Part shown: positions 41,021 through 50,063 of the stretch, piece after piece | Numbering within the stretch: the stretch's first letter is position 1 | How the letters are laid out: the number at the start of each line of letters is the position of its first letter | DNA from: an uncultured Candidatus Saccharibacteria bacterium | Lineage (GTDB): Bacteria > Patescibacteriota > Minisyncoccia > Minisyncoccales > PWPS01 | Direction: 5' to 3' | NCBI GenBank assembly: GCA_964507105.1 | Contig: CAZDOR010000001.1 | Location: forward strand, 4,722-68,721 | Length of the DNA: 64,000 nucleotides | Program-made: the position numbers and the translations under genes | The notes under the pieces: generated by a model | The model's database searches: none | The model's input: only the letters and a program-made list of their open reading frames with translations | Told to the model about the DNA's origin: nothing

Positions 41021-42088
41021 TTAATTTATTCTTTTTTGCAAACTTTTCGGCTTCGGAGAAAAAGCCAATGCGTTTTCGGGCGTTATTTCATTAGCTTGGA
41101 CAAGATTGACCAGATACTTGTTCAAACTGAACATTCCCTCGTTGGAGGAGGTTTCTACAACCGTGTCCAGTTCGTGAACTTTCCCTTCTCTTATCAGATT
41201 GGAAACAGCTGAATTTTTTTTCAAGACCTCGCAAGCGGGAACCAGCCCTCCCGTTCTCCTGGGTATCAATCTTTGAGAAATAACCCCCAGAAGAGAAGTC
41301 GAGAGCTGGGCTCTGATTTGTCCTTGTTGACCGCCGGGAAAAGTGTCAACTATTCTATTTATGGTTTGAGTCGCTGAGTTGGTGTGCAAAGTGGAAAAAA
41401 CCAGGTGTCCGGTCTCGGCAGCGGTAATCGCCGTTTCTATGGTTTCCGGATCCCGCATCTCTCCGACCATAATAACATCCGGATCTTGCCGGAAAACCGA
41501 TTTCAGCGCTTTGGAAAAGGAATACGTGTCTTGCCCTATTTCCCTTTGGTCTATCAGTGAATTTCTACCTTTGAAGACGTATTCTATCGGGTCTTCAATT
41601 GTAACTATATGCTCGAACCTCTCTTGGTCTATCTTATCGATAAGAGCCGCCAAAGTGGTTGATTTTCCGTGAGAAGCCGGTCCGGTAACCAAAACCAATC
41701 CCTGTTTTTCCGCAGAAAAATCATACAAACTGACCGGCAAGTTGAGCTGTTCCAAAGATTTTATTTTCAGAGGAATTCTTCTCATCGCCAAAGATACTTT
41801 TTCCATCCGAAAATACGCATTGACACGAAAACGATGCTTTCCGTTGTGAGTATAAGAAAAGTCGATCTCCTTTTCTTTTAAAAATTTATCTTTTTGACCA
41901 TCATTCATTAAACTCAAGGCTATATTTTTCGCCTCCTGCTTTCTCAATTTTTCCCATTTTCTAATCTTTTCTAATTTTCCGTCGATCCTCAAAACCGGCC
42001 TTCTTTCGGCAGAAAGATGAATGTCCGAGGCTTTTTTATCTATCGAATAATCTAAAATTTTATGTAGTTTTTGCTTATTGTCACTCAT
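41021..42088 (-). CDS. pilT: Type IV pilus retraction ATPase PilT
   Basis: 355 aa, Walker A GPASHGKST, VTIEDPIEYV, Asp/His boxes, no N-terminal GSPII_E_N extension. Confidence 0.8.
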   Translation of the reverse strand: MSDNKQKLHKILDYSIDKKASDIHLSAERRPVLRIDGKLEKIRKWEKLRKQEAKNIALSLMNDGQKDKFLKEKEIDFSYTHNGKHRFRVNAYFRMEKVSLAMRRIPLKIKSLEQLNLPVSLYDFSAEKQGLVLVTGPASHGKSTTLAALIDKIDQERFEHIVTIEDPIEYVFKGRNSLIDQREIGQDTYSFSKALKSVFRQDPDVIMVGEMRDPETIETAITAAETGHLVFSTLHTNSATQTINRIVDTFPGGQQGQIRAQLSTSLLGVISQRLIPRRTGGLVPACEVLKKNSAVSNLIREGKVHELDTVVETSSNEGMFSLNKYLVNLVQANEITPENALAFSPKPKSLQKRIN

Positions 42089-43853
42089 TTTTTTGTTTTG
42101 AACTGGTTTCTTTTGTAGCTTTTAAAACGACTTCAGCGGAAGTGAGTCCTTCCAACGCCTTGAGAAGTCCGTCTTGTCTCATCGTCGTCATTCCCTGCTT
42201 GAAGGCCTGTTTTTTAATTACCTCTTCACCACTCTTTTCCAGTACCGCTTTCTTTATCGAATCCGTCATCTCCAAAGCCTCGAATATGCCGATTCTTCCG
42301 GAAAATCCGGTTTTGTTACACTTACCGCAACCTTCGGGCTTATAAAGTTTAAAGTTTTCCAAGTCAATTCCTTCGAGCATTTCGGAAGGAAGATCTCTCA
42401 ATTCTTCTCTTATTGCTTTTTTGGTCGGTTCGTCCGGACGTCTCTCTTTTTTACAGTTATTACACAACCTCCTGACAAGCCGTTGGGCAATAGCCGTGTT
42501 CAGAGAAGGAGGGAGGAGATAATTTTCGATTCCCATATCTACAAGCCGAGGAATTACTCCTATTGCATCATTAGTGTGGAGAGTTGAAAGAACAATATGT
42601 CCGGTGAGTGCTGCATGAACCGCCAAATCAGCGGTTTCTTTATCTCTTATTTCACCGACCATAATAATATCCGGATCTTGTCTTAAAATTTGTCTCAGTC
42701 CGGTAGAAAAGTCATATCCGATATCATGATTAACCTGGGACTGATTCACCCCGGAAATAAAATACTCGACCGGATCTTCAAGGGTGACTATATTAACCTC
42801 TTCGGTATTCAGAGTTCTAAGTAGAGAATACAATGTCGTGGTTTTACCCGATCCCGTAGGTCCGGTGGCCAAAACCATGCCGGTAGGTTTATTAACTCCC
42901 TTTGTCACTATTTCTTCAGTCGAAGATCTCATTCCCAACTCACTTATCTTCCTCATACCTTCTTCCGGATCCAAGACTCTGAGAACAACCTTTTCTCCCA
43001 GGGTGGTCGGCATTGTAGCAACACGGAAATCAATTTCCTTTCCACTTATTTCGGAAAAAAATCTACCGTCCTGGGGTAGTCTTCTTTCTTCTATTTTAAG
43101 ATTGGAAAGTATCTTTATTCTGGCAACAATAGCTTTGTGGGTTTTTCTGGGTAATATAAGTGAAGAGTGTAAAACACCATCCACTCTGAATCTGACTTCC
43201 GTCTTTTCTCTTTTGGGTTCTATGTGAATGTCCGAAGCACCTCCTTCCACCGCATTTCTGAAAATAACCGACACAACTCGAACTATGGGAGCTTCTTCGG
43301 CTACTCTGGTTAAATCATCTCCTTCTGCCACTTCTTCTATTTCTTCCTGAAGTTCTTTTTCTTCTTCCTTGTCCATTGCTCCTATTGCCGCCCCGGCTCC
43401 TCTTCTGAGTTTTTCGTATTGATTCAGTATTTTTTGAAAAGTGGTAGGCGTAATCAGGTATATCTTATAGGAAAAGCCACCTCGACGAGCTAAAAAACGT
43501 AAAACCTCTTTCGCTTTCAGTTTTCGAGGATAAACCATTCCGATCTCAATTCCTTCATCGGTTTTATTCAGCGGTACCAGGTTGTAGTGTTTGGCGGAAT
43601 CCTCGGGAATTAATTTGGCTATATCGGGAAGAACGCTTCCCAGCTTATCCAAATTAACATTTTTACGGAAGGGAATATCCAGAATCTCACTTTTTATTCT
43701 GAACAGCTCTTCTTCGCTTATATCAACTTCTTCGTCTTCAAGAATAACTTCCTCTTCCTCTTTTCCCGTATTTTTGGCTTCTATCCTTAAAGAGATCCCT
43801 TTTTTTCTGTCAATTATGTCTCTGTCCTTTAAATTTTGAAGTAATCCTTTCAT
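42081..43853 (-). CDS. pilB: Type IV pilus assembly ATPase PilB (GspE family)
   Basis: N-terminal GSPII_E_N domain, Walker A GPTGSGKTTT, C-terminal tetracysteine CNNCKK...CGKC. Confidence 0.9.
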   Translation of the reverse strand: MKGLLQNLKDRDIIDRKKGISLRIEAKNTGKEEEEVILEDEEVDISEEELFRIKSEILDIPFRKNVNLDKLGSVLPDIAKLIPEDSAKHYNLVPLNKTDEGIEIGMVYPRKLKAKEVLRFLARRGGFSYKIYLITPTTFQKILNQYEKLRRGAGAAIGAMDKEEEKELQEEIEEVAEGDDLTRVAEEAPIVRVVSVIFRNAVEGGASDIHIEPKREKTEVRFRVDGVLHSSLILPRKTHKAIVARIKILSNLKIEERRLPQDGRFFSEISGKEIDFRVATMPTTLGEKVVLRVLDPEEGMRKISELGMRSSTEEIVTKGVNKPTGMVLATGPTGSGKTTTLYSLLRTLNTEEVNIVTLEDPVEYFISGVNQSQVNHDIGYDFSTGLRQILRQDPDIIMVGEIRDKETADLAVHAALTGHIVLSTLHTNDAIGVIPRLVDMGIENYLLPPSLNTAIAQRLVRRLCNNCKKERRPDEPTKKAIREELRDLPSEMLEGIDLENFKLYKPEGCGKCNKTGFSGRIGIFEALEMTDSIKKAVLEKSGEEVIKKQAFKQGMTTMRQDGLLKALEGLTSAEVVLKATKETSSKQKNE

Positions 43854-43870
43854 TATTTTCTTTATCTTAA

Positions 43871-44578
43871 TTACTCTTCTTGATTTTCCCGGTCGATAAA
43901 CCGAATGTCCCCTCGAAAATCATCATTTTCACCGGAAATATAATAAGTCATTTCCGAATCGGCTTGAAACCCAATATTTTTTTCTTCCTCCGCATTTACT
44001 TCAATCGAGTAGTCTTCTACGAGCTCATTGTCGTCATTCCTTATTTCGAAAGGTAAGGATTCATCCGTTTCGTTGACTATATTAATATCATACCAACGGT
44101 CTTCCACCAAGAGGAGGTCCGGATTGGTTAGCATTTCCCGAATTTCGTCCTCTTCAATATCCGTTCGTAAGTCTTCAATCAGCTCATCGGGAGATGTTAA
44201 AATCCAGCCGCTTTCATCAGCTTTAAATTCAAAATTAAAAGTTTGCCACCAAATCAAAACATCATCCTCCTCCGGAGTTCGCGGAACTTCAAAAGGGTTG
44301 TCAACTTTGTCTTCGTCCCAAATCAAAAGCGGATCATCTCCCTTTCTAAAGGGAGTCAATTCGGAAAAAATATAACTGTCGAGAAAAACAAAATTCACAT
44401 CGGGAGTCTCCTTGTAGGTGGGGTCAACATACCCATCCCGGGCAGGGGTAAAAAAGATCTGCCAAACGACTATTCCGACAATAATCAACGTAACAACGAC
44501 AAGTATGAGTAATGGTTTCTTGTTTTTTTTCTTTTCTTCTTTCGTTTTCTCTTTTTTTTCTTCTTTTGGGTCAGTCAT
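43871..44578 (-). CDS. Hypothetical single-pass membrane protein with highly acidic periplasmic domain (T4P-locus associated)
   Basis: Lysine-rich cytoplasmic N-terminus, one TM (LLILVVVTLIIVGIVVW). No recognisable family; sits between pilO and pilB. Confidence 0.4.
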   Translation of the reverse strand: MTDPKEEKKEKTKEEKKKNKKPLLILVVVTLIIVGIVVWQIFFTPARDGYVDPTYKETPDVNFVFLDSYIFSELTPFRKGDDPLLIWDEDKVDNPFEVPRTPEEDDVLIWWQTFNFEFKADESGWILTSPDELIEDLRTDIEEDEIREMLTNPDLLLVEDRWYDINIVNETDESLPFEIRNDDNELVEDYSIEVNAEEEKNIGFQADSEMTYYISGENDDFRGDIRFIDRENQEE

Positions 44579-44580
44579 AT

Positions 44581-45117
44581 TTATTCTTCAAAATAAATTA
44601 CCAAATCCAAATTATATTGGATGGGAAGGAGGGTCTCTTCATCATCCTCTCTTCTGGTTTCTATCGCCAAATTATTAATACTGATCAGTCGAGCCTTATT
44701 GGAAAGTCGAGAAATAAAGTTTTTAAAATTGGCGTATCCTCCTTCCGCGGACAAACTGATTTCCACTTCGGATAAATCTCGAGGTCCGTCCGCACTGTTG
44801 ATATCAAAACTACCCAAACTTTCAATCCTTATCCCGGTATTTTCGGCGGTATCGTCTATAAGTTTGAAAAAAGAGGGAGCGTAATGATCTTCGGGAACAC
44901 CGTCCTCTATTATCTTAATTTCTTCCGAATATTCGTCCTCGAACTTCCAAACCATCTCATCCATGGAGTCGTGGAAATTAACCAAATTATCGAGTTCGGT
45001 TTCCGTGGTTTCCGCTTCCACCATCGTTTCCCGTAAATCTTCATATTCCGGCCAGACGAACAAAAAAAGGATTCCGAACGAAGCTATTAGACAGATTGTG
45101 GTTATGATTGATCGCAT
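44581..45117 (-). CDS. pilO: PilO-like type IV pilus assembly protein
   Basis: N-terminal TM, coiled coil, C-terminal ...ARLISINNLAIE region typical of PilO; position in the locus. Confidence 0.5.
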   Translation of the reverse strand: MRSIITTICLIASFGILFLFVWPEYEDLRETMVEAETTETELDNLVNFHDSMDEMVWKFEDEYSEEIKIIEDGVPEDHYAPSFFKLIDDTAENTGIRIESLGSFDINSADGPRDLSEVEISLSAEGGYANFKNFISRLSNKARLISINNLAIETRREDDEETLLPIQYNLDLVIYFEE

Positions 45118-45120
45118 ATT

Positions 45121-46134
45121 TTATGGCTTAAATATTAATGGATCTATATCAGAAGAAAACTGAAAGGAAATTCTTCCTTCCTCCGTTTCGTTCATCTCTT
45201 CCAGTTCAACATTTTCAATCGGGTTTATCTTTTTTTCCGCCCTGACTTCATACCAATCCCAATCGAGGGTTTCTTCTCCTCTTATCCGATAATCCTCCGT
45301 TTTAACTTCGGTAAGTAGAAAAGGTTTGCTGTCTTCATCAGTCAAAGTAACGATTCTCGTTCCTTCAAAAGGGCTGCTTGATATTTCCGTTGCACTTCTC
45401 AACGGAACGACTCTCTCTTGATCATCGACGGTGGTAAGCTCAACATTTTTTTCAAATCTTTCGTATTCCTTTTCTCCCATTTCGTCTTCCGTTACGGAAA
45501 AGATCACTTGACGCACTCCTCCGTCACTCATTTCTTGTTCAAAAATTTCGACTTCACCGAAATCGTCCCATTCCTCAACTATTTTTTCCCAATCATCCTC
45601 CTCTGTAGCCATGTCGAGATGAACCAAATAATCCTCTTCGTCCGTCGGAGCGGGATGATATTCGGAAACCCAACCGTAAAAATCACGTTTTGTCGTGAAC
45701 TCTTTTAAGATTGAATACTGCTGCTCAACCGTATAAAAATCATGTGCTCGCCCGTTGATGGTGAGAGTTTCATCTTTCAAATTCAAGCTGACCTCATCGA
45801 GGTTGGCCATGGGATGAACCGCTTCTTCCAAAAGAGAAAATATTTTATTGGAATCGTTTCTACTCCAAAAGGCGTGAAGATAATTATCTATTTGTTCTCT
45901 GCGACTCAAGACTATTTTTTGATTTTCTTCGAAACGAGATTCTTCTTCCAAGTCTTCCATCAAATTGGTCATATGACTAATTTCGCTTTGAATCTCTTCA
46001 TTCCACTGCCTTAAAAAAAAGTAAGTTCCGACTGTAAGGAGAAGTATCAGTATCGAATAATAAAAAAGGATACTTATCGAATCGGGAAGACTGATTATCT
46101 TTCTCCTTTTCTTTTCTTTTATTTCTATTGCCAT
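45121..46134 (-). CDS. pilN: PilN-like type IV pilus assembly protein with extended acidic C-terminus
   Basis: Short cytoplasmic N-terminus, single TM, coiled coil; lies downstream of pilM. Confidence 0.45.
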   Translation of the reverse strand: MAIEIKEKKRRKIISLPDSISILFYYSILILLLTVGTYFFLRQWNEEIQSEISHMTNLMEDLEEESRFEENQKIVLSRREQIDNYLHAFWSRNDSNKIFSLLEEAVHPMANLDEVSLNLKDETLTINGRAHDFYTVEQQYSILKEFTTKRDFYGWVSEYHPAPTDEEDYLVHLDMATEEDDWEKIVEEWDDFGEVEIFEQEMSDGGVRQVIFSVTEDEMGEKEYERFEKNVELTTVDDQERVVPLRSATEISSSPFEGTRIVTLTDEDSKPFLLTEVKTEDYRIRGEETLDWDWYEVRAEKKINPIENVELEEMNETEEGRISFQFSSDIDPLIFKP

Positions 46135-46135
46135 A

Positions 46136-47209
46136 TTATTTTTTGAAGGTTAAACCTTTTAAGGCCATCCCCGTAGCAACGGAAAGCAGGGGGGATAACT
46201 CTTCCAGGGAGTCTTCCAGCTCCCGGGGATAATTTATCTCATCGAACGGATAGGAAGGTCCGATTTCGTAATTTTCGGATAAAAGAGACTTCAAACTATC
46301 AAAAAAGGCACCGCCGCCGGTAACGACGAGTCGATCTATTTCTTTCTCTCTTTCAATCTCGTAATCTTCGCAGACACCGATGATTTTCTCCGAAAGTTCC
46401 TCAAATTTTTCCGTCCTTCTTTTTAAAGGGTCGTTTTCCACGTTCCGGTAAGAGAACTCCGGAAACAAAACCTCACCACCCGTAAAATCCCGAGTGGAAA
46501 TCGAAAGGTTGTGGCTGTATTTCGGGGTTTCTCCTTCAACCACATTGATGTTGGTGTTTTCGTCTCCAATATCGACAACGGCAACGACACCATCGCTCTT
46601 TTTTGAGCCAAACACCTTAGCCAATCCGAAAGCTTCAGCATCCAAAAGCCCGACATCCAAACCGGTTTTCTTAGCCACTTTTCTGTAAGCTTCAATGGTT
46701 TGATTGGGAACGGCAAGAAGAACCACTTCGAAAAGTTTTTTGTCGTCACGAGAGGTCTCCTTTATATTCCAATCGAGAGTAACTTGATTTATGGGAAGAG
46801 GAACCCTTTGTTTCGCTTGAAAATGAATAGCGGACTCAATATCTTCCTTGTCCATTTGAGGAATCTCGAAAGAAGCCAGAAAACTGCTGAAATCGGGAAG
46901 AGAGAAAAGACTGTCTTTGGTTTTTATTCCCGCTTCCTTGAGAACCGCGGATAAAGTTTTTGAAATCGCTTCTATAGCCGAATTCAGGGAGATTTCATTA
47001 TGAGAGATACTTTCCCGACCGGTTATGTTTTTAATCGTGGTCATTCCGTAATTAGTCAAATTAACCTCTTCGGTTTCCTCTTTTTTAGTGAGTTCAATGA
47101 CCTTAATCGAAGAAGTTCCGATGTCGATTCCGATACATTTTTTATCTTTTTTTGAAAATAGTGGCATTGAAAAAGTTTCTTTTTTTAATGATAAAGGATA
47201 ATTATTCAC
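46136..47209 (-). CDS. pilM: Type IV pilus assembly protein PilM (actin-like ATPase fold)
   Basis: KCIGIDIGTSSIKVIEL actin-fold phosphate-1 motif; first gene of the locus. Confidence 0.8.
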   Translation of the reverse strand: MNNYPLSLKKETFSMPLFSKKDKKCIGIDIGTSSIKVIELTKKEETEEVNLTNYGMTTIKNITGRESISHNEISLNSAIEAISKTLSAVLKEAGIKTKDSLFSLPDFSSFLASFEIPQMDKEDIESAIHFQAKQRVPLPINQVTLDWNIKETSRDDKKLFEVVLLAVPNQTIEAYRKVAKKTGLDVGLLDAEAFGLAKVFGSKKSDGVVAVVDIGDENTNINVVEGETPKYSHNLSISTRDFTGGEVLFPEFSYRNVENDPLKRRTEKFEELSEKIIGVCEDYEIEREKEIDRLVVTGGGAFFDSLKSLLSENYEIGPSYPFDEINYPRELEDSLEELSPLLSVATGMALKGLTFKK

Positions 47210-47226
47210 TTTGCAAAAAGCATTGC

Positions 47227-47310
47227 GGTGGGGGTGGGATTCGAACCCACGAATCCGTGAGGATTGGCGGTTTTCAAAACCGCTGCCTTAAGCCACTCGG
47301 CCACCCCACC
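47227..47310 (-). tRNA. tRNA-Ser (anticodon TGA), type II
   Basis: Reverse complement GGTGGGGTGGCCGAGTGG...GCGGT-TTTGAAA-ACCGC, long variable arm, GGGTTCGAATCCCAC. Confidence 0.8.
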
Positions 47311-47320
47311 CGTTAAAATG

Positions 47321-47408
47321 CGGAGAGGGAGGGATTCGAACCCTCGGTACCCGTGAAAGGTACAACACCTTAGCAGGGTGCCCCAATCGACCGCTCTGGC
47401 ACCTCTCC
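47321..47408 (-). tRNA. tRNA-Ser (anticodon GCT), type II
   Basis: Reverse complement GGAGAGGTGCCAGAGCGG...GCACC-CTGCTAA-GGTGT, long variable arm, GGGTTCGAATCCCTCCCTCTCCG. Confidence 0.8.
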
Positions 47409-47494
47409 TGCTTGCATTCAAGTATACTAAAAACCGAAAACATTTTCAACTGGAAAAAAAGAAACTTTATGATAAAATAAAAAAAGTGAATTCC

Positions 47495-47567
47495 GCCCTC
47501 GTAGTTTAATCGGATAAAACACAAGCTTGCGGAGCTTGCGATAGAGGTTCGAGTCCTCTCGAGGGCA
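47495..47567 (+). tRNA. tRNA-Arg (anticodon read as GCG; assignment tentative)
   Basis: GCCCTCGTAGTTTAATCGGATAAAAC-CAAGC-TTGCGGA-GCTTG...GGTTCGAGTCCTCTCGAGGGCA; A20 and A73 fit Arg identity. Confidence 0.6.
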
Positions 47568-47581
47568 CAAAGTAAAAACTT

Positions 47582-49672
47582 ATGCAACTCTCCAACTCAA
47601 TAAACAAAGTTCCAAAAATAGGACCCGAATACGAACGGAAATTAAAAAAGATGGAAATAACCACCGTCGGTGATCTTTTATTTCATTTTCCACACAGATA
47701 CGAAGATTTTTCCGAAATTACCGACATAAAGAATCTTACAAAAGAAAAAAGAGCTACGATAAAGGGGGAGATTAAAACAATCAAATCGGGGAAAACTTCA
47801 AAAAAGAAAGTTCCGTACAGCGAGGCACTTATTCAAGATGACACGGGAGCAATAAAAATAATTTGGTTTTATCAACCTTATTTAACCCAAAATCTCAAAA
47901 AAGGACAAAAGATATACATTTCGGGAAAGCCTACATACGATAACGAAGGATTGCAGTTTGTAAATCCTTCATATGAAAAGGCAAAAAAAGAAACGATTCA
48001 TACCGGAGGGCTGATAGCAGTTTATCCGGAGACGGAAGGGGTCTCTTCCAGATGGATTAGATACGTAATGAAGCCTCTTTTGGAAAAATATTTAAGCAAT
48101 TTAAGCGAAACATTACCTCAAGAAGTAATAAAAAAATACGACCTTTTGCCAATATCGAAAGCTTTGAAAAAAATACACTTTCCTTCTTCTCGAAAAGATG
48201 TAAAAAGAGCACAAAGAAGATTCTCTTTTGAGCGCCTACTTTTTATACAGCTCGCTTCCCTGAAAAAACGAATGGATATAAAAAGAGAAGACTCCACTCC
48301 GGTTGAGATTGATATGGATTACGTAAAAGATTTTGTTTCTTCATTGTCTTTTAATTTAACCAATCCTCAAAAAAAATCCGCTTGGCAAATTTTACAAGAC
48401 ATACAAAAACCCCATCCGATGAACAGGCTTTTGGAGGGGGATGTCGGATCGGGAAAGACTGTTGTAGCAACAATAGCCGCTCTGGCCACAGCCAAGGGAG
48501 GATACCAGGTCGCTTTCATGGCACCAACCGAGGTCTTGGCTACTCAGCACTTTAAAAAAGTGTCAAAAATGCTACAAGGTTTTAGACTGAATATAGCATT
48601 TTTAACCGGAAAAAAGGATAAATTTAAATCCAAGAAGTTAAAAAACCAATTCATAGAAATATCAAGGGAGAAGCTTTTGGAAAAAGTAAAATCCGGAGAA
48701 ATGGACATACTTATCGGAACCCATGCTTTAATTCAAGACAAAGTAATCTTTGATAATTTAGGGTTAGTCATAGTTGATGAGCAGCACAGATTCGGTGTAA
48801 GGCAACGTGCAAAACTTTGCAAGAAAGACCTTATCCCTCACCTACTTTCAATGACCGCAACTCCCATACCCAGAACTTTGGCTTTAACTCTTTACGGAGA
48901 TCTGGACATATCAATAATAGACGAATTGCCCGCGGGGAGAAAAAAAGTAAAAACGAAAATTGTAAACAGATCAAGCAGGTGTAAAATATATAAATTTACA
49001 AAAAAAGAATTATCAAAAGGAAGGCAAGCTTTCGTGATTTGTCCTCGAATAGAGGAGCCGGAGGAAAACGAGGAAACAGCTTGGGCGGAAGTAACCTCAG
49101 TGGAAGAAATGACTAAAAAACTTAAAAAAGAATTTTCTGATTATAATATAGAATCACTCCACGGGGATCTATCTTCTACCAAAAAAGCAAAAAGAATGGA
49201 AAAATTTAAAAAGAAAAAGATAGATGTATTGGTTTCAACTTCCGTAATCGAAGTCGGAGTTGACGTTCCCAATGCAACGGTAATGATTATTGAAAGTGCC
49301 GAAATGTTCGGGTTGGCTCAACTTCATCAATTCAGGGGGCGAGTAGGGAGAAGCGATCATCAGTCTTACTGCTTTTTATTCTCCGGATCCAATTCTGAAA
49401 AATCAAAAAAAAGATTGAAGGCCTTGATCGAATCCGAAGATAGTTTTGAATTGGCTGAAAAAGATCTGAAGCTCCGTGGACCCGGTGATTTAACCGGAAA
49501 ACGACAATGGGGAGTGGCAAGCTTTACCATGGAAGCTCTTAAAAATATCAAATTGGTTCAAGAAACCAAGGAGGCGGCAAAAGAGATATTGGAAAAAGAT
49601 CCAGGACTGGAAAACAATAAACTGATTAAGAAAAAACTGAAATCAGTAGAGAAGAATTTACACTTTGAATAA
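47582..49672 (+). CDS. recG: ATP-dependent DNA helicase RecG
   Basis: N-terminal wedge domain, helicase motifs GDVGSGKT, DEQHRFG, QLHQFRGRVGR. Confidence 0.9.
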   Translation: MQLSNSINKVPKIGPEYERKLKKMEITTVGDLLFHFPHRYEDFSEITDIKNLTKEKRATIKGEIKTIKSGKTSKKKVPYSEALIQDDTGAIKIIWFYQPYLTQNLKKGQKIYISGKPTYDNEGLQFVNPSYEKAKKETIHTGGLIAVYPETEGVSSRWIRYVMKPLLEKYLSNLSETLPQEVIKKYDLLPISKALKKIHFPSSRKDVKRAQRRFSFERLLFIQLASLKKRMDIKREDSTPVEIDMDYVKDFVSSLSFNLTNPQKKSAWQILQDIQKPHPMNRLLEGDVGSGKTVVATIAALATAKGGYQVAFMAPTEVLATQHFKKVSKMLQGFRLNIAFLTGKKDKFKSKKLKNQFIEISREKLLEKVKSGEMDILIGTHALIQDKVIFDNLGLVIVDEQHRFGVRQRAKLCKKDLIPHLLSMTATPIPRTLALTLYGDLDISIIDELPAGRKKVKTKIVNRSSRCKIYKFTKKELSKGRQAFVICPRIEEPEENEETAWAEVTSVEEMTKKLKKEFSDYNIESLHGDLSSTKKAKRMEKFKKKKIDVLVSTSVIEVGVDVPNATVMIIESAEMFGLAQLHQFRGRVGRSDHQSYCFLFSGSNSEKSKKRLKALIESEDSFELAEKDLKLRGPGDLTGKRQWGVASFTMEALKNIKLVQETKEAAKEILEKDPGLENNKLIKKKLKSVEKNLHFE

Positions 49673-49909
49673 AAAATCCGCAATTGCGAACTTGCCATTA
49701 TTAACGTTTTTACTTTAGAGTAAAAATGTTCTCACTGAAAGAATTTTTTATTTTTATTTTCAGAACGAAAATACCCCCTTCACGGAAGCTCTCGAAAAGG
49801 ATTTTGCGTGGTCTTTTCGCTAAAAAAGAAAATTCTCGAGAGAGCAGATCCCGAATTCCCGCTGGGAATTATTAAGGATCGGTTCTTGTGAAGAGGGTAT
49901 TGAATGATG

Positions 49910-49984
49910 TGACCCCGAGGGGATTTGAACCCCTGTTACCAGGATGAAAACCTGGCGTCCTGGGCCAAGCTAGACGACGGGGCC
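49910..49984 (-). tRNA. tRNA-Glu (anticodon TTC)
   Basis: Reverse complement GGCCCCGTCGTCTAGCTTGGCCCAGGACGCCAGG-TTTTCAT-CCTGGTAACAGGGGTTCAAATCCCCTCGGGGTCA is nearly collinear with E. coli tRNA-Glu. Confidence 0.85.
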
Positions 49985-50063
49985 ATTGATTTTCAATTCA
50001 ACAAGCTTTTTGTAATGTCAAGTTCTTTTGTAGTATAATGAAGTAATAAAAAAAGTCAAATTT

